Part shown: positions 53,097-63,057 of the stretch, in pieces | Layout of the letters: each line of letters opens with the position of its first letter | Numbering within the stretch: position 1 is the first letter of the stretch | Virus record (IMG/VR): IMGVR_UViG_3300011560_000001 | Span: 173,534 to 237,533 of that record | Length of the DNA stretch: 64,000 nt | Direction: 5' to 3' (one strand) | Source: a virus | Lineage: Duplodnaviria; Caudoviricetes | Translations under genes and position numbers: made by a program | Notes under the pieces: model-generated | The model's input: only the letters and a program-made list of their open reading frames with translations | Told to the model about the DNA's origin: nothing | Databases searched by the model: none

Positions 53097-54755
53097 TTAG
53101 AATACCGCGTCCATCCCCTCCTGAAGAGATTGGACGGAGTTTAGGGTAAAAAAAAGCTGGGGTACATCCAAAGCAATCAGATCGTAGTATTTCTGGTCAC
53201 GCAGATTGTCAGCAATATCGGTATTACATTTCGGACATTTCCAGGCAGGCATTGCTGCGAGCGCAATCGTCGAATCACCGATGAACTGCATCAACCCATC
53301 GATATAGCGTTCACGAAGGTCGCTGTCACGAGACAGCTGTGCTAATACCGTTGCCGTATCCGCATCGCTTACACGACGCATGGTACCGTTTACCGACACA
53401 TGCATCGATTTGATCCACGCATCATACTGACGCATCCAGCTATAGAACTGACGCTCACGAATAACACGATCACGCTCTTCTTCGGTCATTGATGGACGCG
53501 ATAGAATATCACGCAGATCTTCCAGCGTATCGCTTAACCAGCGTTCGCCCATGGCGATCTGACGTGAGATCTTCGGTACTTCAAGCTCAATGATAACCGA
53601 ACCGTTGTCAGACAGATCCAGCGTGCGGGAGTTTGTTTCACCCAGTTCGTTTGCATACTCACGCAAAAGTTCATCGGTCATGACCGGACCTTCGGTCATG
53701 ATCTGTCGCATACGTTTGGTAATCGCACTGTTGTCAACTTGATAGAGCTTCGCAAAGCTTACGGTATCTTCAACACGATAGTCGCAGGTTTCTGGATTCT
53801 GATAGCAGGTCTGCACGTAAGGATACCCGTACGGGTACATGGTTACCAGCACGTTCAACAACAGTGCTGGAACATCGGTAACCGGAATAATGTCTTTCAA
53901 ACGCTGGATATCCAGGTTCGGTACGTTGGCCATGTAACAGCATTCTAACGCTAATTCGATAGCATGTTTCATGGTGATAATCGAGGTTGCCGAAAACAGG
54001 AAACCGGTACTATCACGCCCACCCAGGATTTTATCGCGTGCAATACGTTCATGCATAATTGCGACACGTTCATTTGACGGTGGATTGAACTGCAGCTTAA
54101 TACCGCTATGCCATAACGGCATTACCGCAGGTGCGCCCGATTTCGTATTGCGGATTGCAAAATAGATTGCGTCGGTTCCTGTCAGCGGCGCTTCGACATC
54201 ATCAGGAATATGGTTCGGTTGTGGGATGCCAGGAATAACACGACCAACGCCCGATGAGTCTACGGGTACGTTAGTCCACTGACTGCCCTTACGTTCCAAC
54301 GCACGATCATGAGCTGGCCCACGCGGTTGGTATTGCCCGTCAGCAACCGATTGCACTACCGCTTTACTGAATTTATCAAATTGCTCGTCCGAAGGTTTAC
54401 CGCGTTGAGCGACAATGGCTTGTACGGTATCCATTGCTTCGTTGATGTATTCCTTGTAATACGCTGTCTGTACACGCGGAGAATACAGCGGTAACACCAA
54501 CGGCTGACGTTTTGTTTTCTTCGGACTCTTAGGACGAATGTCTTCGCATTGGAAACGTATCGTCGCCTTCGAGAAATCAACCAGCGGTGGATGTGATGGT
54601 TCTTCTTCACGGGTTGCTTCTGGAGCCGCCACATCTCCTTCAGTAGCGACAGCTTCGTCTTTACCCTCACTTGCTGGAATCGTAGTTTCAACGGACGACT
54701 CTGAACGCTCGGTGGCTTCCTGATTCGTCACGACATCTTTTTCTTGTTCGCTCAT
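53097..54755 (-). CDS. jumbo-phage protein, possible tail/baseplate assembly chaperone
   Basis: CYQNPETC and WKCPKC Cys motifs; T TTT TTT slippery site near the 3' end. Confidence 0.6.
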   Translation of the reverse strand: MSEQEKDVVTNQEATERSESSVETTIPASEGKDEAVATEGDVAAPEATREEEPSHPPLVDFSKATIRFQCEDIRPKSPKKTKRQPLVLPLYSPRVQTAYYKEYINEAMDTVQAIVAQRGKPSDEQFDKFSKAVVQSVADGQYQPRGPAHDRALERKGSQWTNVPVDSSGVGRVIPGIPQPNHIPDDVEAPLTGTDAIYFAIRNTKSGAPAVMPLWHSGIKLQFNPPSNERVAIMHERIARDKILGGRDSTGFLFSATSIITMKHAIELALECCYMANVPNLDIQRLKDIIPVTDVPALLLNVLVTMYPYGYPYVQTCYQNPETCDYRVEDTVSFAKLYQVDNSAITKRMRQIMTEGPVMTDELLREYANELGETNSRTLDLSDNGSVIIELEVPKISRQIAMGERWLSDTLEDLRDILSRPSMTEEERDRVIRERQFYSWMRQYDAWIKSMHVSVNGTMRRVSDADTATVLAQLSRDSDLRERYIDGLMQFIGDSTIALAAMPAWKCPKCNTDIADNLRDQKYYDLIALDVPQLFFTLNSVQSLQEGMDAVF

Positions 54756-55225
54756 GCTTCGGTGGCTCCTTGAGATTTAACACTGTTAGCGAATCGGATC
54801 TGGTTCTCCATCCCTTCAACACGCAGTTGGCTCAGGCGTGCAACGTCAGGACGCAGAATATCGGATGCGCGTTCCAGGATATTCATTAACGACATCCCGT
54901 AGTTGTACTGTAACAGAATACTCTGTTCATCGACTTCTTTACCATACATCGGCGTAATGGAGTTCTTGATCGTCGTCAACTCGGTTTGAAGTTCGGTCAG
55001 ATCTTTATTCGTACTTGTTGATAACGCAACGAACTCATCACGTTTGTTTTGGGTTAGTCGTAAACGACAGGGTTGCGTCGCTTGGTAAATAGCCACACTC
55101 AGGGTGCCCAATATCAATTCGCAGTTTTCGATAGGTTCACGTAACTCGTCCCAACGAATTGCTGTTGTTTCCTGAGCTTTAGGGTTTCCTACGGATTTTT
55201 TTCTTGGTTTGGATGAAACTGGCAT
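54752..55225 (-). CDS. hypothetical protein
   Basis: AGGAG SD; ATGA overlap. Confidence 0.75.
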   Translation of the reverse strand: MPVSSKPRKKSVGNPKAQETTAIRWDELREPIENCELILGTLSVAIYQATQPCRLRLTQNKRDEFVALSTSTNKDLTELQTELTTIKNSITPMYGKEVDEQSILLQYNYGMSLMNILERASDILRPDVARLSQLRVEGMENQIRFANSVKSQGATEA

Positions 55226-55315
55226 GGGATGGTTACTCCTGATTAATCTAAGTTGGCGTAAGCTGGTAGTTTCTTCAATAGATTATGAGAGCTAGTAGAC
55301 ATTTACCGCATCGGA

Positions 55316-56194
55316 GTGGATATGATTGATTCCGTCTTGGCTTTGTTAGAAGGTAAGATCCCTGAAACAAGGCGTACGCTGTTACAGCACTGCATGTATC
55401 GTTTATACCAAGATTTTAAATGCGAGCAACTGGAAACGTTTTGTAGTACGATGTTGTCAGGTGCTGGGGAACAATACGATTTAAACGAACTCGATATCAT
55501 TTTAACAAACGGATGTATCGAACTTTATAAACAACAATTGCTTGCCTTCGGGATCCGAGTTAACGAAGGGCAACTATCTCTGGATAGCCTGAAATATCTT
55601 CATGCGTTGACGTCTACGTTATTAGACCTGGAAACACATGACGATACCGCTTTTCTACTCGCCATCGTTGAAGATGAAGACTACACCACAGCTGAAGCGT
55701 TAGCAGAATGCGCGCATTATATTTACGGTGTCGATGCTGTGGACGTAGCATCATTAATCAGTTTCGTGCATTCAAGCCTGCTCCCACGTATCCAGCAGGT
55801 GTTAACCAAGAAGCTGGAGAAAGACAGCGAAAATATCGCCGACGAAGAAAACGTCCAGATTCCTGATCGCATCCGTCGACGAATTCGTGTAATCAGCGAT
55901 GCGTTCCCACCGGTATTCGGTCAGTATATTGATGAAGGGGGTACAATAGCGGTTCCACTGGACCTGCTAATGTCACAGTGTCGGAATCAGCTTGCCGCAT
56001 TACGTCAGCAGCCGTATGCGTACGCCCAAGAACTGATCGCATTCGCGTTGGCTTCCGATCTCGAAGATAATGAAATCATTCCTGTCCTACGAGAACTTGT
56101 TACCACAAACTTCCCGATGGCTGAAGAATCCAAAGAAGCAACCCGAGCGTTATCAGAGTTCGTTTCACGTCACGGTGACCTGACCCACGTTTAA
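55316..56194 (+). CDS. hypothetical protein (probably phiKZ-family conserved)
   Basis: Long ORF preceding the RNAP subunit. Confidence 0.75.
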   Translation: MDMIDSVLALLEGKIPETRRTLLQHCMYRLYQDFKCEQLETFCSTMLSGAGEQYDLNELDIILTNGCIELYKQQLLAFGIRVNEGQLSLDSLKYLHALTSTLLDLETHDDTAFLLAIVEDEDYTTAEALAECAHYIYGVDAVDVASLISFVHSSLLPRIQQVLTKKLEKDSENIADEENVQIPDRIRRRIRVISDAFPPVFGQYIDEGGTIAVPLDLLMSQCRNQLAALRQQPYAYAQELIAFALASDLEDNEIIPVLRELVTTNFPMAEESKEATRALSEFVSRHGDLTHV

Positions 56195-56207
56195 AAGGAG
56201 TTGTTAC

Positions 56208-57509
56208 ATGACACCTCGTGATTATTTCCTTTACGCGTTGCGTGAAGGGCACTACCGTTATCTTGAGTGGATTAACGACGCATTTGCTTTTACGGAAGGC
56301 GGCGCTGAGAAGTATCAGCCTAAATTACGTCGTCAAGGTAACATCGTTACGGTTACCATCGACGGTGAAGAACACCGATGGGAAACAGAACCAACAAAAC
56401 CATTGTTGAATTTCTGGGAGCCGTTGGAGCTTGCACCTGGTGATCTACCGTCGGTTAAGAACACAACCACCACAACCTTCGGTGAAGCGTTGTTCAATAT
56501 GTACGTCCTTTATGACGCTTTCGGTATTCAGATTGAATATCAGGCAGGACGGTTAACCAGCGGCACACTAGAATCGCTGATTGCGCCACGCGTAGCGGAC
56601 GACCCTGAAGAGGGAATACCCGATCCTAACGAGCGTCCGATTGGTCCGCTGTACGCAAGCGAAGTGAAGAAATTCACCAACAATATCAGCGCATTAACCG
56701 CTATCAACCGTTTAATTGTACCATCGATGAGCGATAAAGCGTTAACGGTCGATGATGATATTATTGCCTATCGTGATAAAGAGTTAGCACGCTTACAAGA
56801 GGAAGGTAAGTTCACCCCTGAAGAACTGATTAAACTCGAAGCCACGCTAACCAAAATGGATAAGGAATCCTTTAAGGGTGATGAATCGGAAGGGTTCTAT
56901 ATTAACCCTGGCAAGAGTTTCGGTAATACTCGAAAGAAAACGCACATCATGATGGGGGTTGAAGCCGACTTCGTTGACCCTGGTAAACGTAACGTTATCA
57001 CACACAGTCTGGCTGAAGGGATGCGTGTCGACCATTGGGCGGAGTACAACAACAGTGCACGTGCTGGTTCGTTCTCACGTGGTGCGTTGACTGCTTTAGC
57101 TGGACAGACGGCTAAAGAATCACAGCGTGCAACACAGAACCTTAAAATCACGATGGACGACTGTGGTACCCAAGAACATATTCTGTTCGCGGTAAACCGT
57201 GATCACATCAAAGATAAGCTACTTGTCGGCCGTTACATGATCGACGGCGCAGCGCTTAAACTTATTGATGCTGAATTACTCGCTTCCTTGGAAGGACAGA
57301 CCATCAAGTTACGCGATCCTCAACGTTGTAAAGCGGGTCCGTTGGAATACTGTGCTACCTGTTGCGGTAACGCGATGGCTCCAACCCCAGACGCGATCGG
57401 GGCAGAGATCACCGGCGTAAACAACGTTTTCATGAACACTATGATGAAAGCAATGCATAACGCCAGTGTATCGTTAGCGCCTTACGATCCTGAACTTTAT
57501 ATTAGTTAA
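56208..57509 (+). CDS. phage multisubunit RNA polymerase beta' fragment (phiKZ gp80-like, probably virion RNAP)
   Basis: Bridge-helix-like ARAGSFSRGALTALAGQTAKESQR, ITMDDCGT, LRDPQRC..YCATCCG, MMKAMH; a split stand-alone subunit is typical of phiKZ relatives. Confidence 0.85.
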   Translation: MTPRDYFLYALREGHYRYLEWINDAFAFTEGGAEKYQPKLRRQGNIVTVTIDGEEHRWETEPTKPLLNFWEPLELAPGDLPSVKNTTTTTFGEALFNMYVLYDAFGIQIEYQAGRLTSGTLESLIAPRVADDPEEGIPDPNERPIGPLYASEVKKFTNNISALTAINRLIVPSMSDKALTVDDDIIAYRDKELARLQEEGKFTPEELIKLEATLTKMDKESFKGDESEGFYINPGKSFGNTRKKTHIMMGVEADFVDPGKRNVITHSLAEGMRVDHWAEYNNSARAGSFSRGALTALAGQTAKESQRATQNLKITMDDCGTQEHILFAVNRDHIKDKLLVGRYMIDGAALKLIDAELLASLEGQTIKLRDPQRCKAGPLEYCATCCGNAMAPTPDAIGAEITGVNNVFMNTMMKAMHNASVSLAPYDPELYIS

Positions 57510-57534
57510 CCTTGTTAAATGAAAGGAAATAGAC

Positions 57535-58170
57535 ATGAGCAAGAATAAAGACCAACGTTCCGCACAAATGGAAGAAAAGATTACAGCAGTAGAGACCACC
57601 GTGGAAAATGGTGTGGCTGCTCCAATCAACAACGTTGTAGCACAACCGGAAACGGCCGCTGTTGAGAAGAAGGAAACCGTCGTTGAAGAAAAGCCTGCGA
57701 AACCAGCGGTGAGTGAATCCCCCGCTAATTCTATCGTTGCTTCTCGTGCCGCAACCCTGGTCGCCCCGTTCCAGAAATATGCGGAAGAAATGGGTCCGAC
57801 CATGCCGCAAACGCCGCAGTCCTTGATCCGTCATCAGCGATCTTTAATGTCTGCTTTCCGTGCGTTATTGGATGTGGATAATCCTGAAGTTTTCCGCACT
57901 GCCTTTGCTGATATTCTGAAGATCTGGAAAGATAACCGCGAAGGAGCGTTCAACGCAAACCGTTATCTGTATCGCGGTATCGATGACATGCCGCTGGACT
58001 ACCATACCCGCATGGCTTTCCTGACAGTACTGCGTCTGATGGATGCGATCTATGATGAAAGCCGTCGCCAAGTTGAAATCCGTGCTATCGACCTTAATAT
58101 CGCAATTCCTGAAATTGCTTACTTCGATACACGTAACTATCTGGCAGGTTACATGCGTCGCTTCGCATAA
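57535..58170 (+). CDS. hypothetical protein
   Basis: AAGGA SD. Confidence 0.8.
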   Translation: MSKNKDQRSAQMEEKITAVETTVENGVAAPINNVVAQPETAAVEKKETVVEEKPAKPAVSESPANSIVASRAATLVAPFQKYAEEMGPTMPQTPQSLIRHQRSLMSAFRALLDVDNPEVFRTAFADILKIWKDNREGAFNANRYLYRGIDDMPLDYHTRMAFLTVLRLMDAIYDESRRQVEIRAIDLNIAIPEIAYFDTRNYLAGYMRRFA

Positions 58171-58292
58171 TGCCTAAGGCGACGTTAACGGGATTACTGT
58201 CGTTACGACGTAGGAGGTGATCCTGATCTCCCTCACTCGCGGGGTGATGCGATAATCGTCGTGAGCTTGTCGTGAGAGATTCTCATTGCGGT
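58170..58292 (+). other. minigene (MPKATLTGLLSLRRRR) and structured RNA candidate with 12-nt 16S complement
   Basis: TAATG coupling; AGGAGGTGATCC at 58212-58223; nested inverted repeats. Confidence 0.45.
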
Positions 58293-58340
58293 CATAAACT
58301 CTTCCCGCCCCATATAAGGGCAGGGAAGGGCTTTATGCCG
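58293..58340 (+). terminator. hairpin-TTATGCCG element
   Basis: CATAAA-CTCTTCCCGCCC..GGGCAGGGAAGGG-CTTTATGCCG. Confidence 0.75.
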
Positions 58341-58385
58341 TTGAATTTATCCTGTGCAGAAAATAAAAAATAGGAAAAGCACCTC

Positions 58386-58787
58386 ATGAACGAAACACTT
58401 GAACAACCCGCAATCTATCGTTGGACCCCCGTTTGGAATTATGTTTCTTTTAGCGTTGACACCGCAATGCAAGCTGTAATGGATTATAAGAATACCGGCA
58501 AAACGAATGAGTGGTTAGTCATGCCCTGCGGCGACCTTATTCGTACTGAAGGGATGTATTTCCCGAACGCCGGGAAAGATCGTCGAGTCCAGGACAGGAT
58601 GCGTACGACGATTCTGACTAATGGTGACGTCATGATCGAATGCTGGGCTGATTACCCCATTGAACGTGAACACCAGGATGAAATCTACCAGCGTTTACGC
58701 GATGAGATGATTGCTGCAACGAAGCGGTATCCGTGTCGCGTTAAATTGTTCTGTTGGTTAAATGGTGTTGCCGTCCACGAAATTTAA
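58386..58787 (+). CDS. hypothetical protein
   Basis: AGGA SD. Confidence 0.75.
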   Translation: MNETLEQPAIYRWTPVWNYVSFSVDTAMQAVMDYKNTGKTNEWLVMPCGDLIRTEGMYFPNAGKDRRVQDRMRTTILTNGDVMIECWADYPIEREHQDEIYQRLRDEMIAATKRYPCRVKLFCWLNGVAVHEI

Positions 58788-58797
58788 AGGTAAAAGA

Positions 58798-59253
58798 ATG
58801 TTTACAGCGAACAGTAGTCTGGGAGAATACCGTAAAGCGGTAAGAAATCTTATCGATAACAACGCATTAAATCTCGATCCTTTATTCGGTGATTTCTTTA
58901 CGGTGTTCAATCTTGCCCAGCAAGACGCCATCAGCATATTCTCCTGTCAGGGACATCCAGAAGAAGCTGGATATTCCGACGGATACATCACGTTTGTTTG
59001 TAACGATCGCGGTAAACAAGCCGTAGAAGAAGCATTTGATATTTATTTCAATCAATCACTGAAAGCACATGGTGAATACGCATATCAAAGCACATTGGCG
59101 ATCACATACGTTATCGATGATAACAACAAACCGGTAAAATGCCTTGTATGGCGCTGGCTTGAGTTTGATGGCTCAGCGCAGGGATTAAGATTACAAGCGC
59201 AAGAAATAAATTTAGTTCTTAACGCACTGCGAAAAGCGTTCAATATAAAGTGA
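58798..59253 (+). CDS. hypothetical protein with SCxGH motif
   Basis: SIFSCQGH..GYITF. Confidence 0.7.
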   Translation: MFTANSSLGEYRKAVRNLIDNNALNLDPLFGDFFTVFNLAQQDAISIFSCQGHPEEAGYSDGYITFVCNDRGKQAVEEAFDIYFNQSLKAHGEYAYQSTLAITYVIDDNNKPVKCLVWRWLEFDGSAQGLRLQAQEINLVLNALRKAFNIK

Positions 59254-59261
59254 TTGTTTTA

Positions 59262-59308
59262 ATATTCCCTCTCCCTTCCCTGATGGGTTGGGAGAGGGTT
59301 CTATGCTG
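59262..59308 (+). terminator. hairpin element with TT/TT internal loop
   Basis: CCCTCTCCC-TT-CCC-TGAT-GGG-TT-GGGAGAGGG-TTCTATGCTG. Confidence 0.7.
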
Positions 59309-59322
59309 TCTAATCCAGTCTA

Positions 59323-59339
59323 TTTCACGACTATATTAC
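59323..59339 (+). promoter_or_regulatory. phiKZ-type early promoter
   Basis: TTTCACGACTATATTAC (16/17 match to the other two copies). Confidence 0.8.
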
Positions 59340-59467
59340 CTTAGTGACATAGATCACTAAGGCGATGCGTTTTGTTAATAACAAAACGCAACCTAGGTGA
59401 TAAGAGCAAGATATCTTATCACCTATTTAAGATAACTGTAATCAATCCAATATAAGAGGATGTCAAG

Positions 59468-59893
59468 ATGTTACAAGCTATAACCGGACATATCACCGCT
59501 AACTATATTACCGTTGTAGAATTTCTGCGTAAACGAAAATACGAAAAACAAAACCCAATTCTTGAAGATGGTACATACAAAACAAAAATCTTTCGCGTCA
59601 ATCGCAATACAACCGTCGCAACATCTGAAACAGGTTACACGGTTTATATCGACTGTGATGGATTAATCCCTGATGTTAAAGCGCGTGCGGCAACACTGTT
59701 AAAAGTCAAAGCATTGCTAGATAAAAACAGACCGCGCATCACAGGTCTTGATGACAAAGACATTGCTTTCGTTTATCACTTCGACAAACGTTATTCATTT
59801 TTCCAGTATTACAATCGGGATGGTCTGTTAACGCATAACGGACCAGCGGTTGAGATCTATAGTCGTTATGCGTTGTACACGTCACTGAATTAA
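59468..59893 (+). CDS. hypothetical early protein
   Basis: Same 29-bp leader/RBS as 33549. Confidence 0.75.
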   Translation: MLQAITGHITANYITVVEFLRKRKYEKQNPILEDGTYKTKIFRVNRNTTVATSETGYTVYIDCDGLIPDVKARAATLLKVKALLDKNRPRITGLDDKDIAFVYHFDKRYSFFQYYNRDGLLTHNGPAVEIYSRYALYTSLN

Positions 59894-59991
59894 TTTTCCT
59901 GCGTGTGTCTGACGTTTTGGTGGGGTTCGCCCCACCCTTTTTTACAGCTTTTCATCATTAATTGAACTCAAGAGAATTTAAGGAATTCGAT

Positions 59992-60594
59992 ATGTCAATT
60001 ACCCAATTCGCAAACAGTATTCGTTCCAGTGAAACCACCGTACAGCTCCTTAAAGACGAGCTGCGTAAAGAACATGAAACCGCAGCCAACTATCTGAAAG
60101 AAATCGAAGCGTCAGTTTATCGTGAACTGGATAACGTAGAACGTTTCTTGCAGGCGGGTATGGATGAAAACATGGATCCAAACAAAGAAGTGTTAAAGCC
60201 ACGTGTTGACTTTTACGGCTCAGATATCGATCGTGCGATTATTCGCATATACCCTAACGATTATGTCAAGGTCGACCTCAATCCAATTGTAACCAACATC
60301 AATATCGACCTGAAAGAAAAGATCGATCTGCCGAAACCCGATGGAGATATCTTGCACGCGATGAATGCGATCCCGGTACTGAAAGCATCTATCGTCGACA
60401 CGCTCAAGGAACGCAATGAACGTCGTCTGGTTATCAGCGTGGATTCCGATTCATTTTCTTTTTCGGTTTACATCGATGCCGATGGTGAAGAAGGAAATCC
60501 AAAAGACGTCCATCGCCAGCTTGCTGAGTACATCGGTGAAAGACCGAGTTTCGGTATGGGTTCCATGATCGTCAATATGCTAGAAAGCATGTAA
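59992..60594 (+). CDS. hypothetical protein
   Basis: AAGGA SD; start MSITQF. Confidence 0.75.
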   Translation: MSITQFANSIRSSETTVQLLKDELRKEHETAANYLKEIEASVYRELDNVERFLQAGMDENMDPNKEVLKPRVDFYGSDIDRAIIRIYPNDYVKVDLNPIVTNINIDLKEKIDLPKPDGDILHAMNAIPVLKASIVDTLKERNERRLVISVDSDSFSFSVYIDADGEEGNPKDVHRQLAEYIGERPSFGMGSMIVNMLESM

Positions 60595-60630
60595 GCATCC
60601 CACCCCAACTAACATTTAGATTAAAAAGAG

Positions 60631-61131
60631 GTGAATATGAATAAGAAAGTTGAAATGCGTGGTATTTGCGGGCGTCCTGCGGAAGCACTTAAAATAAAGG
60701 ATAAAGTGCTCGCCCTTCTCAATTCAGTGTCTGACGCCACGCTGGTTGCGTGTTGGGATATTATTGATCAGACGATACTAAAACTCCAGGCGAATTTAAT
60801 AAACGAACGTTGCTGGAGCCCCGCTTTGTCGGCTGACGATAAAGTCTATCTCGTAAACGAGACAACCGCTAAAGATAATAATCATATCGATCGTTGGCGT
60901 TTTGCGTTGCACAACAACATTGTTAGTATCGACATTATACTAAGTATAACAGGTGAGTCGTGTATTGCTGTCAATGAAATAGCGGCATACGCCAAACTAA
61001 AATTAGCACAATGTTTTCATTCGCGCGTCCGAGGATTCGATATGCCCGTTATACTAACAATCAACGGACACGACGGTTCAGGGCTGTTCGAATTCCACTA
61101 CGATCCTGACAATGAAAACACAGAAGAGTAA
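60631..61131 (+). CDS. hypothetical protein (early paralogue family)
   Basis: LQ..L....CW..; C-terminal P.IL...FHY.PD pattern. Confidence 0.7.
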   Translation: MNMNKKVEMRGICGRPAEALKIKDKVLALLNSVSDATLVACWDIIDQTILKLQANLINERCWSPALSADDKVYLVNETTAKDNNHIDRWRFALHNNIVSIDIILSITGESCIAVNEIAAYAKLKLAQCFHSRVRGFDMPVILTINGHDGSGLFEFHYDPDNENTEE

Positions 61132-61202
61132 TTAATCAACGATATCGTGTCCCTTGTTAGGTGGGACACGTATCGGTTAAAAGGTGTCGAAGGTGTTAAA
61201 AA

Positions 61203-61664
61203 ATGACGACATGGGATTCTTACGGTGAGCAGCTGGTAGAATCGATAATTAAAAGCTTTGAAATACTCGAAGTAAGATTGCAGGAGGACGGGTGCTGGGG
61301 ATTATTTAACGAACCCGATTCCGACTCCGAACCTTACTTCTACAACCTATCCGTTCCAACAACACAACACGGCAATGCTACGATTGTAGATATCACCGAC
61401 ATCAGAGTTTACAATAATCGTATCGCTGCGACAGCACAATTACCTTTCAGCGTAAACGGGCTTGCCGCAAAGCAACTTCTAATGTATACAGCCAACGAGA
61501 CATTTGGTAAATGCATAAAGTCGCACGGTATCTCGTTCCCCCTAGCGATCGATTATGAATTATCGGATGGCTGCAATCTCGTTACATTGGAGTATGAACC
61601 GGATAATGGAACAGAGATAACAGCACTCTCTGTTCCGATGAAGATGAAGAAAGAGGTAGAATAA
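61203..61664 (+). CDS. hypothetical protein (early paralogue family)
   Basis: QLPFSVNG..ANETF.K..FP..EYEPD. Confidence 0.75.
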   Translation: MTTWDSYGEQLVESIIKSFEILEVRLQEDGCWGLFNEPDSDSEPYFYNLSVPTTQHGNATIVDITDIRVYNNRIAATAQLPFSVNGLAAKQLLMYTANETFGKCIKSHGISFPLAIDYELSDGCNLVTLEYEPDNGTEITALSVPMKMKKEVE

Positions 61665-62122
61665 TGGCAACAATGTATTCATTCGAATCTAACGTCAACG
61701 AACTTTTCGACTCGCATAAAGACACTTACGTCACGCCTGTTGATGAGACCGTCACTCGAAGTATCGAATCCCTCAAACAAAATCTACGCAAATCCGATAT
61801 TTGGTCGATGGGGCATAGCGATAATGACGGGACGTATTTTACCATTGTGGAACGCATCCCAACAATACCGTTCCATAGCGTTTATCTTGACAGTACCGTT
61901 GTTTTCCATGTTTACAAGCACCGCATCCTTATCAACATACAACTACCGTTCAGCGTCAGCGGGACTGATGCTATACGTCGGTTGGCTGATGTTGCTAATA
62001 ACGCATTTACGAAATCAGCTATGCCGTGCGATTTCCCTATTACATTAACACTCAAGTTTTCCGATGGTTATGAATTCTACACGATGGAATACTCTCCAGA
62101 CGAAGAAGGAGCTAATGGGTAA
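61664..62122 (+). CDS. hypothetical protein (early paralogue family)
   Basis: QLPFSVSG..ANNAF.K..FP..EYSPD. Confidence 0.75.
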   Translation: MATMYSFESNVNELFDSHKDTYVTPVDETVTRSIESLKQNLRKSDIWSMGHSDNDGTYFTIVERIPTIPFHSVYLDSTVVFHVYKHRILINIQLPFSVSGTDAIRRLADVANNAFTKSAMPCDFPITLTLKFSDGYEFYTMEYSPDEEGANG

Positions 62123-62219
62123 TCATGTCTATCAAAGATAAAGTTCAACGATTAATCGAATTCAACCAACAGTGCCGTATTGATGAACTCGTCAATATCG
62201 ATAACATTAAGGATAAAAA

Positions 62220-62615
62220 ATGAGCATTGTAGAATCCATCGTTAAAGCTGTTAACGACAACATCGATCATCCGCACATTTCTACCATGATCGATATTATT
62301 AAACAAGAAAAAACACCTGGTTCATACATTCGTTTTACCCGTTTTGATAGCAGCGATTTACTTTTCACTGTGAAAACCGAGGTTCACGAGCAACGTATCA
62401 TCGTAGAGGTCCTGGTAAAGGAGAACAAAGAACTAGACTGGCACTCTGTTCGTGGTGACAGAGACGCGAGAAATTTACTTAAAGAACATCTCTGTAAAAT
62501 GGAAGAGAAATACAATATCCCATTTAGCTTAGAGGTCAATCTTTTCCCAGCGTACCTGCTCTGGTACGTCAGTAGTGAGAAGCATGTCGAAACGACAACT
62601 GACGTCAAAGAGTAA
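62220..62615 (+). CDS. hypothetical protein, paralogue of 62652
   Basis: KAV.DNIDH..I..MID; EEKYNIP.SLEVN..PA. Confidence 0.8.
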   Translation: MSIVESIVKAVNDNIDHPHISTMIDIIKQEKTPGSYIRFTRFDSSDLLFTVKTEVHEQRIIVEVLVKENKELDWHSVRGDRDARNLLKEHLCKMEEKYNIPFSLEVNLFPAYLLWYVSSEKHVETTTDVKE

Positions 62616-62651
62616 ATATACGTGATCAATAACAAACTAGGGATTAAAAAG

Positions 62652-63050
62652 ATGAACATTGCTGATTCCGTCGCTAAAGCGGTCATCGATAACATCGACC
62701 ATTCGTATATTCCCGCCATGATCGATCTGGTTAAGCGAGAAAACGTATCTGACTCGTTGATGTGCTTTAGTCGTATGCTCGACCAAGCTATACTCGAGGC
62801 TGTAAACGTCAGCGTACATCGCCAACATGTTCTCTTCGAGGCGTATATAAAGAACGACCAACATCGATTAGGCCACCACGCGTTACGACACGACGAGAAC
62901 GCGCTGGAGCAGCTAACGAAATGTCTTTATGCGCTGGAAGAGAAATATAACATTCCTTGCTCTCTAGAGGTTAACCATTACCCAGCGTGTCGGATTTGGT
63001 GTATCGCTGGTAAGAAAGGCGCGACGCCTTCAGCTGATTGCGAAGCATAA
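62652..63050 (+). CDS. hypothetical protein, paralogue of 62220
   Basis: Same motifs as 62220. Confidence 0.8.
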   Translation: MNIADSVAKAVIDNIDHSYIPAMIDLVKRENVSDSLMCFSRMLDQAILEAVNVSVHRQHVLFEAYIKNDQHRLGHHALRHDENALEQLTKCLYALEEKYNIPCSLEVNHYPACRIWCIAGKKGATPSADCEA

Positions 63051-63057
63051 CAACGTA

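Noticed and set aside
58212-58223. 16S rRNA gene fragment
   Set aside because: Only 12 nt match the 16S 3' end and there is no other rRNA sequence; kept as a regulatory candidate
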